Position numbers and translations under genes: made by a program. DNA of 64,000 bases from a virus: IMG/VR virus record IMGVR_UViG_3300032246_001270, one strand, 5' to 3'. Below, one piece after another: positions 10,597 through 21,360 of this stretch. Under the pieces are notes generated by a model, which saw nothing but the letters and a program-made list of their open reading frames with translations, made no database searches and had not been told where the DNA came from. How positions within the stretch are numbered: position 1 is the first letter of the stretch; every line of letters starts with the position of its first letter.

Positions 10597-12761
10597 GTTT
10601 TAACTGTTAAATCCAATAATGAATATCCTTCCGCTTGCTTACTATACATTTTATTTGTGGTATATCTTAGTCTTGGATAATTTGCAAATACATGATTATA
10701 CCAAAGGTCACCAACATCCCATCCACAATCTTTTAATCTATCCATCCACCATTGTTTTTCTCTATTTGGAATTAAATAACAATGTGCTAAATCTTGATTA
10801 GCTGCTGTTTTACTAAATAACTCATCTATTTTTTCTTTTTCTCTTGATGGGTTATTTGCAAATGAAATAAATGGAACTCCATCTCTTTCTGATATAAAAC
10901 ATGCTTTATGAACTATTTCAACAAATTCTTCTAAGCCGGTGTATATAAATGCATCTGCTTCAAATACCAAAGTGTAATCATAATTTTCAGTATCCATTGT
11001 TTCCAATGCCATTCTATGTGCTAAATAACATCCATAATGTCTACCGGTCATCCAACCCAAACCAGCACCAGGGTATAATTCTCCCGGCTTATTATCTTTA
11101 CTTATATGCTCAGGCCTTCTACAATTTTCAGCAGGTGCAAATCCCTCATATGGTGCATTTACAATCGGCTCATAATACATACCATATTTTTCTAATTGCT
11201 TAAGAGATTGAATAGATACTCTTTCTCTCATATCATCAGGTCTAGTCAACATATGCTTTATTTGGATACGTGGTTTAGTACGATACCAATTTCTAAATCC
11301 TCTATGAAATTGTTTATAAAAAAATTCATCAGCTGCCCGAGTAACACCGGGAAAGAAGCTTCCACCATAATCATCACCACTAATCCAACCACCGGGTTTA
11401 ATTTTATTATACCAATAGTTTATATCATCTCTAACATCTTCATATGAATGTCCAGCATCTAACATTATATAATCAATACTACCATTTGTAAATTGATTAG
11501 ATGCATTATGTGATGTATCTTTTATAATATCAATATTTCCGTAATTTCCAGAAAGTACTGTATTATCTATAAATTCATAGAATATATCCCCATTAAAACT
11601 ACCTACTATGTTTTGATGCAATTCTTCATCATCAGTTCCTTTAAATGTATCTATGGTAGTTAGTTTAATACTTTTTCCTGATTTTTTTATTTTAGTTGCT
11701 AAATAATTTGTAGACTTACCAAACCATGTACCTACTTCAACAAAGGTATCACCATCATTCGCTTTATCAACCATTTCATTATATAAATCTATATAAGAAA
11801 ACCAACCTGGTATTTCATTAAATTCAGGTTGTAATTTTTCTAATATAATTCTTTTAGTTAATTTTAAATCATCATTAATATAAGTTACCAAAGAGTTATT
11901 ATCATATGTATCTAAATATGTATGTAATTTTCTAAATATAGAAGGCATCTTATATGAAAGAGCTTCTTTAACTGATAATGGATTTAATTCTAACGTAGAT
12001 GAAAAATAGAACATATCACAAGCTGCATAAAATGTATCTACATCATTTCGTTCACCCCATATCATACAATTTTCAGGTTTGTGTTTCATTAAAGGTCCCC
12101 AATAATGTTCAAAATTTCCGGCTTGATTTCCTACAAAATGAAATTTAATTTTATACTTTTCTAATTGAGTTGCTATTGAAAATATTTCGGCTTGATTTTT
12201 ACCTGGTGCAAATAATCCAACATTTAGTACATGCTTCCATGTTGGGTCTAATTCCAATTCTTTTTGAGCAGATTCTTTATCAAATGTATATTCTTCAATT
12301 GGATATTCCCATACATCTAAAGGAACTCCAGTATCTTCAAATCTTTGTTTACTCCATTCGGATACTAAAACATATTTGTCAGGATGATAAACTATTTCGG
12401 ATGGATTGGTAAATGAACCATGCGTAGTTACTACTATAAAATAATTTCTTTGTTTTACAAAAATTTTATCTAATATATAAGTAGGTAAATCAAATTGTGG
12501 TATTTCGTGAAAATGAATTATATCAGGTTTAAAATTTTCTATAATAGAAATTATTTCCGATTTATCATTTCCCAAAGTATGTACAGGTACTAATGATTTA
12601 ATTCTATTCTTTTGTACTACAAAAGCATTACCACCACTGTTGTTTATTTCAACAACTTCAATTTCAAAATTTTTTATAAATTCTTTTACCTGCTTATATA
12701 GGTATTGTGGTTGCCCACCAGTAGACAAATGTGGTGCGACGTAAAGTAACTTTTTATTCAT
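10587..12761 (-). CDS. Tri-domain protein: GT4-like glycosyltransferase, class I SAM methyltransferase, GT25-like glycosyltransferase
   Basis: HLSTGGQ, PGKNQ and ELNPLSVKEALSY (GT4); VEVGTWFGKS, LDAGHSYE and KPGGWISGDDY (methyltransferase); GCYLAHR and LVFEADA (GT25-like). Confidence 0.8.
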   Translation of the reverse strand: MNKKLLYVAPHLSTGGQPQYLYKQVKEFIKNFEIEVVEINNSGGNAFVVQKNRIKSLVPVHTLGNDKSEIISIIENFKPDIIHFHEIPQFDLPTYILDKIFVKQRNYFIVVTTHGSFTNPSEIVYHPDKYVLVSEWSKQRFEDTGVPLDVWEYPIEEYTFDKESAQKELELDPTWKHVLNVGLFAPGKNQAEIFSIATQLEKYKIKFHFVGNQAGNFEHYWGPLMKHKPENCMIWGERNDVDTFYAACDMFYFSSTLELNPLSVKEALSYKMPSIFRKLHTYLDTYDNNSLVTYINDDLKLTKRIILEKLQPEFNEIPGWFSYIDLYNEMVDKANDGDTFVEVGTWFGKSTNYLATKIKKSGKSIKLTTIDTFKGTDDEELHQNIVGSFNGDIFYEFIDNTVLSGNYGNIDIIKDTSHNASNQFTNGSIDYIMLDAGHSYEDVRDDINYWYNKIKPGGWISGDDYGGSFFPGVTRAADEFFYKQFHRGFRNWYRTKPRIQIKHMLTRPDDMRERVSIQSLKQLEKYGMYYEPIVNAPYEGFAPAENCRRPEHISKDNKPGELYPGAGLGWMTGRHYGCYLAHRMALETMDTENYDYTLVFEADAFIYTGLEEFVEIVHKACFISERDGVPFISFANNPSREKEKIDELFSKTAANQDLAHCYLIPNREKQWWMDRLKDCGWDVGDLWYNHVFANYPRLRYTTNKMYSKQAEGYSLLDLTVKTWS

Positions 12762-12766
12762 TGTAA

Positions 12767-12798
12767 CAAATATACGAAATTATTTTGAAACTACCAAA
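12767..12798 (-). promoter_or_regulatory. Bacteroidota housekeeping-sigma promoter upstream of the glycosyltransferase operon
   Basis: Minus strand reads TTTG-GTAGTTTCAAAATAATTTCG-TATATTTG (20-nt spacer), 5 nt before the ATG at 12761. Confidence 0.8.
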
Positions 12799-13086
12799 TT
12801 ATTTTTCTTCTACATCAAAAATAACAGTACCCTCATTTAAATCAATTTCACCCTTTGGATATTTAATTTCTAATTCTTTTAAGAATGCATTTAATTCATC
12901 AGAATTTTTATCAAAATCCAATTCTAATCCTTCTTTAACACCTTCCAATCTTTTAATTTCTAAATTTAAATCTCTAGTTCTTACACTAATTTGACCAAAT
13001 GATATAATGATATCATTTGATTTTGCTTGAAATGTTTTTAATTTTTCAAGTTGTTCAGGTTGTAATTTTTCAATTTGTGTTGCCAT
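12799..13086 (-). CDS. Coiled-coil hypothetical protein, paralogue of 8956..9384
   Basis: Shared C-terminal KYP.G.I....GT motif; late motif at 13107-13114. Confidence 0.65.
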   Translation of the reverse strand: MATQIEKLQPEQLEKLKTFQAKSNDIIISFGQISVRTRDLNLEIKRLEGVKEGLELDFDKNSDELNAFLKELEIKYPKGEIDLNEGTVIFDVEEK

Positions 13087-13123
13087 AATATATTATTGTT
13101 TATATATATAAATATATACTTTT

Positions 13124-13387
13124 TTAATTTCCGTAAGGAGAATCTCCTAAAATTTCAGAATTCCATGTAGATTTTAATTCATCCAATGTTGATATATTAG
13201 TTATATCAATATTAGTTGCATCTCTTAATGCTTGTTTAGTTGCTCCTATTTGTGCAGTTTTTTCAGAATCTCCTCTTTCTAAGGCTTTCATAAAATCAAC
13301 ATCAAGTGGTTTAAAAAGTTCCTCTCTTTTACTTCTTATTTTATTTTGATGTATTTCCAATGCTTTATTTAAATCAATTCGTATCAT
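13124..13387 (-). CDS. Tail fibre assembly chaperone-like protein
   Basis: IRSKREELFKPLDV...KQALRDAT...W pattern of tail-fibre chaperones. Start moved to ATG 13387 (MIRIDLNKA) to remove the overlap with the upstream gene. Confidence 0.6.
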   Translation of the reverse strand: MIRIDLNKALEIHQNKIRSKREELFKPLDVDFMKALERGDSEKTAQIGATKQALRDATNIDITNISTLDELKSTWNSEILGDSPYGN

Positions 13388-13391
13388 AATA

Positions 13392-13673
13392 TTAATAATT
13401 TTCAATATGTTGTGCATCTTCTAATGCCTTTCTATGCATTTCATCCATACCATAATCAGTTGGATTAGACCAATCTGGGTCATATGCAGTATGAAATACT
13501 TTATCATAATATTCATACTCAACTAATATAAATGGCCATCCAGCCGGTACAGTTCTTTTTGCTATCATTGTAGCTGTTTTAAAATCATCAGCAAAAATAC
13601 TTGTAGAACCTAACATTATTTTTGTTCCTAAACTTTGCTTACGAGAAGGAAATATACTTACATATCTTGCCAT
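13392..13673 (-). CDS. Hypothetical protein, probably tail-fibre associated
   Basis: 93 aa between the fibre and chaperone genes; IAKRTVPAGWPF and DWSNPTDYG. Confidence 0.55.
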   Translation of the reverse strand: MARYVSIFPSRKQSLGTKIMLGSTSIFADDFKTATMIAKRTVPAGWPFILVEYEYYDKVFHTAYDPDWSNPTDYGMDEMHRKALEDAQHIENY

Positions 13674-13685
13674 ATATTTATTTTT

Positions 13686-16600
13686 TTATTTATAAACTAA
13701 TATACCAATTCTACTACCACTGCTATCTTCACTATCTAATTCTATTTTAAAACTGGTAGCAAATGAATCAAACACTCTTACTAATTTTGGTATTGGGCCG
13801 GTTGCCGTTTCAGAACCTGATATTACTACACTATAAAATCCAAGGGGAGCAGTTGAGTTAAACCACGTTGATGAATCTTGCAATGCTTCTACAAAAAATA
13901 CCTGAAATGTATTGGTTGTTACATACGTTATTTTTTCTATATTCATACAATAAGGCCACCAATATTCGCTATAAGTACCTGAACAATTTGTTGTTGGGTC
14001 CGGTTCAAAAAATGCATATGCTCTTAAAATTTGATAAGCTCTATTATATCCTCCAAAGAAATAAGATGTCATAAAGTTACCTCCAGCTGCTCTATTAGAA
14101 CGAGGATATGATGCATTATTAATATAAATTCTTTGCATTGCATTATGCCACTCAATTGCATTTTGATTCAATAATAAAAATGTTCCACCAATATGTCCAA
14201 TTGTTCTTCTATCTTGAAATGAGCTATTTACATGTCCACCGGAGTTTGGAAAATCCGTAAGAGATAATGAAGATAAAAAATCTGGTCTAGTTAAAAAATA
14301 TCTATCAGTATCTTGTCCTACATTAATTCCAACCTGATTAAGTACTGTGGATGCTACCGATGCATTATAGGCAACATCAATATCAGGCATATAATAATCA
14401 ATAGTCATATAGTTATCATATTCCAAATTGTAAACTATATATTGAATACTAACCGTGTATGTTTGCCCAGCTATCATATTTACTCCAGACATATATAATA
14501 CTATATTAGTAGGAGGTGAACCAGGATTGATTTGTTCATAGAAATTACCGCCAAAATCCGCATCAAATACAGGAGTATCTACATACTCAGCTCCACCAAA
14601 TCCACTATATACACTGTTACCACCACTATCTCTTACATAAAGTCTCATATCCACATAAGGGCCGGAATGTTTTGTTCCACTTATCCAAGTAGTTTTTCTT
14701 AAAGAACTTACTGGAATTGTAAATGTTAATTCATAAGCTGCTGTTAATGGTGGAACTATATTATTATTAACATTCCATGTTGGTGAATATGGCCAATCGC
14801 CAGGAGAACCCGGAGGTGTAACACCACCGGGATATTGTAAATATCCATTAGGTCCTTGCCCTGTCAATGTACCATTTTGGTATGTTGCAGTTCCAGCAGC
14901 ATATCCTGTTATATGAATTGTTCCAGAGTTGTAGTTTAATGGGTCTGCGGTTGATGTAGTTCCATAATCTAATAATACTTTAGTTACATTATTTCCATCT
15001 TTTAAACGAATAATTCCAGATATAACTAAATCAGTATCATCCCAATAAAGATACTTACCACCAACAGTAGATGTTGCATCTCCTAATCTAAATTGTCCTA
15101 AGTTATTTAAAAAATATCCTTTCCCTGCTGATAGAGATGTTGCGTTTACACTTCTAATATATCCCGTATAACTTCCATCAGTACCAATAACCAAACCTCT
15201 AGTAATTGTTGCATCTTGCGCCAATAAAATATCAGTTGCTACTGAACTAAATGTTGCTCCAAAGGTTGACCAATCAGATACACCCGGAGTCCCCCAAGTT
15301 GCTGTTCCAGTTTTAGATGGATTGTTTACTAAATAGTATGCTCCAGTATATGCCGGATATCTAACTACATCTTTACGAGTTCCATCAGCTGTTTGAAAAT
15401 ATGCTGTTCCAGAATCATAATTTCCTCTAAATACTACGCCAGGACCAGGTGCACCATCGTTTCCATTATTACCATTAACACCCGATGTACCATTTGCTCC
15501 ATCAGCTCCGTTTTTACCGGATGTACCATTTGCTCCATCAGCTCCCGATGTACCATTTGCTCCGGGCGAACCAGCTGCTGCCGCAACAGTCCAAGGACCT
15601 GCGCCAGGATATCCTGTTGATGCGTTTGTATTATTTGTTGATGTATGTGAAGTTGTTGAAGTACATTGCCAACTTTGTCCTCCGTAAGTAGCAACATCAT
15701 TTGCGTAATAAACAGTTGATGATGCCCAAGCTCCTCTTAATGTTCCAGCGTTTTGACCGGGAGCAACTTGATTTATAGAACCAACAATTGTTAATGTGTT
15801 ACCATCCCATTTTAATGCTCTTTGCCCATCTGAAGATTTAATTGAAAATCTACCAGTTGTTCCGCTAGCACCATTTTCATAAATACCTAAAAATATACCT
15901 GGTCTATCATATCCAATAACTCCGGTAGATGTTTGGTCACCACTTGCTCCTTGAGTACCAGTCTGTCCCATAGCCATATATGGGTCATTACGTCCTCCAG
16001 CTAATACAATATTTGCAAATGCACCTGTTGTATCTTTTGTACCAATATTAATTGTGTTCTTTACATATGATTCATCAAATATTGCAATCTTAGCTGCTAC
16101 AAAAAATTCTTGAGTTCCTAAATATTGCCAATAATTATTATCTGATGTTGTTCCAGATGGTGCTTGTGCTCCAACTAAGTTACTACTCTTATTATAAGTT
16201 GCGGGGCCACTACCACTAATTGCTGCGTAATATGTTGTCGGATTTCCGTTAGGTGGATATATTACCGCATCCCTACGATAGTTTACAGTTTCAACACTTC
16301 CTATGTAATCTATTGTATTAGACCAATTGCCCCTCATTACAACACCAGGTCCTGTATTTCCTTCAAATTGAACTGCAAATGATTGAGTTTTATATAATTT
16401 TTCTCTTCCCTCACAATCTATTTCATAAACAACATATCCAGTTGTATATGTAGTTGGGTTTGACCAACTTACTAAATCGTATGTATATGCTAAATTATTT
16501 GCATCTACTGGTAATGTACTACCTACTACCAAACTACCACCTAAAGTAATATGAGAAGATTTATCAAATACTTTTACAAGTGATTTTTCTTTATATCCAG

Positions 16601-19600
16601 TATTGCCGTATGCATCAGTTTGTCCTCCACTAAATGATGATACACATAATAATTGAGTCCCACCTCTAGTTGGTTTAATTGTAGTAGAAGTATCAGTATA
16701 ACTCATTTGTCCAGATACTTTATAAACTAACGCAGATGCTTCGTTTGATAGTAATGCCGAATATGGTGCTGGTGCTGTAAATTGTACTGCTATTGATTGT
16801 GTTACAAATTGAGTTTGTCTACCACTTTCAAAATCTATTTTATAAACTATTTCTCCAGATGTATTTACTGCCGGATTTGTCCATGCAGTTATATTACCAA
16901 TTTCAGCAGGGTTTAATGCTGGGAATTTTGTACCAGCCATTGTAATCCAAGAAGACTTTGTAAATATGGATGCAGATGAATATCCTAATATACCAATTAA
17001 ATTATCTTGAAAATCATAATCAGTAGGATATGTTGGTGCTGGGTATGTTGTTACATTTATTAATTGTGTGGCTCCTTTAAATGTTGTAATTTTTTCTCCA
17101 GTTCCTGCAAATTGAGTTGTCCACAAATCTGCAGTAATTGATGTATTATCATTTGTTGAAACTAATTTATATGCATCAGCTCCAGCTTTAACACCGGCAA
17201 TAGTTAATTGACCAACTGCTCTTATATCAGAATCTTGTAAATTATAAAATATAGGAGCTTTACCATCAACTAATTTTGCTTTCCAAGTTTTTGTTTGACC
17301 TGGCCCAGCAGCATCTGCTCCAGTAATTCCGTATAATGTATATGTTGGTGGAACTCCTTCCATTGGATAAGGTCCATCATAAAAAGTTTCAGTGCCATCT
17401 GCTTCTACAAAGTAAAAATATACTTGAGGTCCATCAGTAATACCAGCAACATACGAACCAGTTGTATTAAATGCAGTTGCTGTTAAATCAATACCACCAT
17501 CAGGTGCAGTTTTATATCCATCTCTATTATAGTTTATAGTATATGTTGATGATTTTAAAGATATACTTCTAGCGTTTGGAGTTGATATATTTTTTGTTAT
17601 TACCTGAGTTCTGTTAAAAACAGATGAGGTATATTGATGACCAGGTCCTAATGAATATGGATAAGCAACTATATTATATAATACACTTGCTGTTGTATAT
17701 GGATGGTCAAATCTTTTAAAGTTTATAGTTGCAGTATCAAATGATGAAGATGATAAAGAACCAGTTTGAATATTACTTCCACTAATAGATAAGAATCTCC
17801 AAGTTCCAGGTGCTTTTGATTGTGTTGTAAATGTTAAATAATCGGCTCCTTCTTTTAATTTAATTGTTGTATTAATTGGTAGATATCCTGTTGTTGGGTC
17901 TATATAACCAACTTCATCGGAAATTAAAGTTTGTGTTAATGGCGATACAATAACTTCAACTTGCGGAGGTCCATCTAATATTTTTGTGTAATTTTGAGTA
18001 ATACTTGCAGTATAAATTGATGATGTATAATATGGATGTATTACTAAATTATATAAAATACTTCCACTTAAATCACTAAGTTTACTTGCATTTGAAAGTA
18101 ATAGAGAATCTGCATATGCACTACCTAAGTATGATGCATCAATAACACTACCTGTCATTATATTACTTCCCGTAATCCAAAATTTTGAATATATCCCATT
18201 TCCAGTAGATACCGATTGGGATGCTGTATAGAATGTACCATGTTCACTTTGTTGTTCAACACTTCCAGTAAATATTAAATAACGAGACCCCTGTTTTAAT
18301 CTAATTTGAGTTGCAGATTGGTCATAACTATTTACAACTCCTTTTGAATTTGCTTTTAAATTTACTGTTGATGGTGTTATTTCAAATATAATACTTTCAT
18401 CTCCAGGTTTTCCTTCTGGTACAATAGTAAACGTTTTATCAAAACTTACAGATGCAGATGTCCAAGGTTCAGTATATGTAAAAGTTAATGTTAAATTTTT
18501 ACTTTGTTGTAGTGGGCTTCTTACATTTGAATTTGTTGGGATTTCAGATGGTATAATAAGTTTATTATCATCAATACCCGTAACAGTTAATGTTGGGTCT
18601 AAACTTTGTGTATGATAATAAATCCAGTATTCAGGAACATAATCTTTATTAATTGACATTGATGGGTAAACCTGAAAAGATGATGTTATATATTCATTTT
18701 CTCCAGACACTGCTCTTTTTGCAAAAGATGCGGTTGCGTATCCAAACAAAGGTTTAAATTGTGTATCAGTTCTTGGATTTATAGTAAATGAATCTGCATT
18801 ATATGTTACCTTACCACTATCCAAACCATCTTGCAAATCTTCTAAAATAATTGTTGCTAAAACAGAAGATGATACCGCATATGCCCAATTAGATGCTGCA
18901 GAACTTGATGGCATCAAATAAAGTGTTCTTCTAAAATCAATTGAGTCTCTAGTAAAAATTGCGTTATAATCTATTTGTTTACTACCAATAGTACCAACAG
19001 TTAAACCTTTAATATAATTACTTTGAGTTACATAAGATAAATTTACAAACTTTTCAGGAGTTGAATAATCTACTGAACCTGTTTTTAAAATATGTAATTG
19101 TATATCAGAAAAATTCTTTACAGCTTGCTTACTTAATATAATATCATTAATACCATCAATTCTTACCGCCTGTATTTCTAATGATGCAGTACTACTATTT
19201 CTAATTTGAGTTCCTCTATAAGGTCTAATAATATGGTTTACTCCGCCAAATCCATCTAATACTTTATATATATTAATAGTATCGGTATATCCCTCAACCT
19301 CACCAGTCAATCTTACCAATTGTACATTTATATCGCTTCTAGAACCAGTAAAGTCTTGAACAGTCATATAAACATTTGCTGTTCCTATTCCATGTAATAA
19401 GCCAGGAAATTGTTGACCAGAACCAGTATATGATGATGATAAATTATTACCAAAGAAATCAAATGATTGTGATGTATAATGAACTGAACCGGTTAATAAA
19501 GTTTTTTGTTCATCAATTGTTATAACAGTTGGTGGTACTGGGTTTGAACCAGAATCAAATTGAAACCCTGCGGATGATGGTACTAACTTAAGTTGTTTTC

Positions 19601-21269
19601 TAATTGTTTGTAAGTTTCCCCCATTAAATGTTTTAGTTGCATCAACTAATACAGGAATGTAATTATTATTTACATCGTAAAATTCAAAACGATATAAAAA
19701 TGTTTCTATTGGTAAACTTCTAGGTACTGATTGAATAAATGTAATTTCGTCAGGAGAAAATGCAGTTTCTTGTGCTGCGGATAAACTAATATTTGCAATA
19801 TGCCAACCAGTTCCAACTATTTCAAAATAAAGTTTTGCATTATTTATTTCTTCTGCACTTATATTTTTAGTTATATTACTTTTTTGTAATAAACTATTAG
19901 ATGAATTTATTTTTATAATATTTTGTTCAACTTGAACAGTTGTTGTAGTTCCATTAGCTACAGATTGCTTTGAACCACTAAGAAATACGTTTATGTAATT
20001 ATTAGGAGAAATATTTTTAACTAATCTAGTATCAAATGTTAAAGAATATTCTGCCCCCTTAGTAATTGATATTGGATTTTTTATACTAAAATATGTTGGA
20101 TTAGAACCACCATCTAATTTTATAGAATCAAATAAATAAGTTTGATTAAAAGTTGTTGTTAAACTATTTGATGATGTTACCCAATATGTTAAATTATTAG
20201 TTCCATCAAATATACCATAGTATTCTTGATTTTTATTTGTACTAGCCAAATCTACTAATAATTCATTAGATTCTAATTTAATTTCTTGAACAAATTGATA
20301 ATCAGATAAATCAGATTGTGATTTTCTAAATATTTTAACTCTAGCACAATCTCCAACAAATGTAGTTAAATTAGTTAATTCAATTTTAGCAAAAGAACCA
20401 GTTAATGCTGTTTTTAAATTATCAATTCCTTCTGCATAATTAAATGATGCAGTATATCCTACTTCTACTAAATTTGCAACCAATCCATTATCTGTTGTAT
20501 ATGGTGGTTGAACTATGATTTCTCTACTATTAACAATATTTGTTACTAATGGATTGTAAGAAATATCATCAAATGTTAAATATGTACCAACTACAGATGC
20601 TGTCCAAAATGTATCATCTGTTGTTGTTAAAAGATATGAAGTTGGTGATGTATAATTTGTTAATGAAGCTCCTAATACTGGCGCTAATGGAGTACTATTT
20701 ATTAAACCTTTTTTTATTACATTTGTTGCAACATTTGAAAATATTGGTTTAACTATTTCTGAAATAACTACATTTGGTCTTTTATAAAATCTTACCTTAT
20801 CTTCATTAGAAAGTAATCTATTTGCTTTAAAAGTTTTTTCCCATTTTACATTATATACATTTTTCCAATCATCTGGTACACTTTGTTTAATACCATCAGA
20901 ATCTATATATGTTTTTAACTCACCTAATATTGTAATTTTTGCATTACCAATTGGAGTATCTTCGTATATATAAACAGCAATTACTTTTGATATTCCCTCA
21001 TAATATTCAGGAACACCATTACCTGGTTCATAATAAATTGGATTACCCTCAACATCTATAATTTCTATCTTTATTTCAGTAGATTCCATTAAATGCTCAG
21101 AACCTTCAATAAGAAATCCATTCTTACCACCAGTAAATGTATCTTTAAATTCCGTAATCCTAAAATATTTAGAATTTGGAGTATCATCAACTACAAATGT
21201 ATTGTAAGTTGTTAATTGTGGCTGTAAGTTTGTTGTTTGATTACTAGCGTATTTCTTTATCCTTGCCAT
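13686..21269 (-). CDS. Large tail fibre / receptor-binding protein
   Basis: 2527 aa, beta-rich and S/T/G/N-rich; repeated GPGVV(M/F)RG(N)W/Y modules; collagen-like Gly-X-Y segment; followed by chaperone-like genes. Confidence 0.8.
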   Translation of the reverse strand: MARIKKYASNQTTNLQPQLTTYNTFVVDDTPNSKYFRITEFKDTFTGGKNGFLIEGSEHLMESTEIKIEIIDVEGNPIYYEPGNGVPEYYEGISKVIAVYIYEDTPIGNAKITILGELKTYIDSDGIKQSVPDDWKNVYNVKWEKTFKANRLLSNEDKVRFYKRPNVVISEIVKPIFSNVATNVIKKGLINSTPLAPVLGASLTNYTSPTSYLLTTTDDTFWTASVVGTYLTFDDISYNPLVTNIVNSREIIVQPPYTTDNGLVANLVEVGYTASFNYAEGIDNLKTALTGSFAKIELTNLTTFVGDCARVKIFRKSQSDLSDYQFVQEIKLESNELLVDLASTNKNQEYYGIFDGTNNLTYWVTSSNSLTTTFNQTYLFDSIKLDGGSNPTYFSIKNPISITKGAEYSLTFDTRLVKNISPNNYINVFLSGSKQSVANGTTTTVQVEQNIIKINSSNSLLQKSNITKNISAEEINNAKLYFEIVGTGWHIANISLSAAQETAFSPDEITFIQSVPRSLPIETFLYRFEFYDVNNNYIPVLVDATKTFNGGNLQTIRKQLKLVPSSAGFQFDSGSNPVPPTVITIDEQKTLLTGSVHYTSQSFDFFGNNLSSSYTGSGQQFPGLLHGIGTANVYMTVQDFTGSRSDINVQLVRLTGEVEGYTDTINIYKVLDGFGGVNHIIRPYRGTQIRNSSTASLEIQAVRIDGINDIILSKQAVKNFSDIQLHILKTGSVDYSTPEKFVNLSYVTQSNYIKGLTVGTIGSKQIDYNAIFTRDSIDFRRTLYLMPSSSAASNWAYAVSSSVLATIILEDLQDGLDSGKVTYNADSFTINPRTDTQFKPLFGYATASFAKRAVSGENEYITSSFQVYPSMSINKDYVPEYWIYYHTQSLDPTLTVTGIDDNKLIIPSEIPTNSNVRSPLQQSKNLTLTFTYTEPWTSASVSFDKTFTIVPEGKPGDESIIFEITPSTVNLKANSKGVVNSYDQSATQIRLKQGSRYLIFTGSVEQQSEHGTFYTASQSVSTGNGIYSKFWITGSNIMTGSVIDASYLGSAYADSLLLSNASKLSDLSGSILYNLVIHPYYTSSIYTASITQNYTKILDGPPQVEVIVSPLTQTLISDEVGYIDPTTGYLPINTTIKLKEGADYLTFTTQSKAPGTWRFLSISGSNIQTGSLSSSSFDTATINFKRFDHPYTTASVLYNIVAYPYSLGPGHQYTSSVFNRTQVITKNISTPNARSISLKSSTYTINYNRDGYKTAPDGGIDLTATAFNTTGSYVAGITDGPQVYFYFVEADGTETFYDGPYPMEGVPPTYTLYGITGADAAGPGQTKTWKAKLVDGKAPIFYNLQDSDIRAVGQLTIAGVKAGADAYKLVSTNDNTSITADLWTTQFAGTGEKITTFKGATQLINVTTYPAPTYPTDYDFQDNLIGILGYSSASIFTKSSWITMAGTKFPALNPAEIGNITAWTNPAVNTSGEIVYKIDFESGRQTQFVTQSIAVQFTAPAPYSALLSNEASALVYKVSGQMSYTDTSTTIKPTRGGTQLLCVSSFSGGQTDAYGNTGYKEKSLVKVFDKSSHITLGGSLVVGSTLPVDANNLAYTYDLVSWSNPTTYTTGYVVYEIDCEGREKLYKTQSFAVQFEGNTGPGVVMRGNWSNTIDYIGSVETVNYRRDAVIYPPNGNPTTYYAAISGSGPATYNKSSNLVGAQAPSGTTSDNNYWQYLGTQEFFVAAKIAIFDESYVKNTINIGTKDTTGAFANIVLAGGRNDPYMAMGQTGTQGASGDQTSTGVIGYDRPGIFLGIYENGASGTTGRFSIKSSDGQRALKWDGNTLTIVGSINQVAPGQNAGTLRGAWASSTVYYANDVATYGGQSWQCTSTTSHTSTNNTNASTGYPGAGPWTVAAAAGSPGANGTSGADGANGTSGKNGADGANGTSGVNGNNGNDGAPGPGVVFRGNYDSGTAYFQTADGTRKDVVRYPAYTGAYYLVNNPSKTGTATWGTPGVSDWSTFGATFSSVATDILLAQDATITRGLVIGTDGSYTGYIRSVNATSLSAGKGYFLNNLGQFRLGDATSTVGGKYLYWDDTDLVISGIIRLKDGNNVTKVLLDYGTTSTADPLNYNSGTIHITGYAAGTATYQNGTLTGQGPNGYLQYPGGVTPPGSPGDWPYSPTWNVNNNIVPPLTAAYELTFTIPVSSLRKTTWISGTKHSGPYVDMRLYVRDSGGNSVYSGFGGAEYVDTPVFDADFGGNFYEQINPGSPPTNIVLYMSGVNMIAGQTYTVSIQYIVYNLEYDNYMTIDYYMPDIDVAYNASVASTVLNQVGINVGQDTDRYFLTRPDFLSSLSLTDFPNSGGHVNSSFQDRRTIGHIGGTFLLLNQNAIEWHNAMQRIYINNASYPRSNRAAGGNFMTSYFFGGYNRAYQILRAYAFFEPDPTTNCSGTYSEYWWPYCMNIEKITYVTTNTFQVFFVEALQDSSTWFNSTAPLGFYSVVISGSETATGPIPKLVRVFDSFATSFKIELDSEDSSGSRIGILVYK
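15440..15572 (-). repeat. Collagen-like coding repeat (GANGTSGAD units)
   Basis: Three copies of gatgtaccatttgctcc encoding GANGTSG within a Gly-X-Y run. Confidence 0.9.
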
Positions 21270-21360
21270 TAAAGTTATCCTATTTTATATTGATAAATAT
21301 TCTTAATATTTTTTATCATTATAATTATATATAGAAAACTAAAGAAATCTAAAGAAAGTT

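Noticed and set aside
15481-15565. Direct repeats resembling a mini CRISPR array or DGR repeat
   Set aside because: They are in-frame collagen codon repeats with no unique spacers; no cas or reverse transcriptase gene is present.
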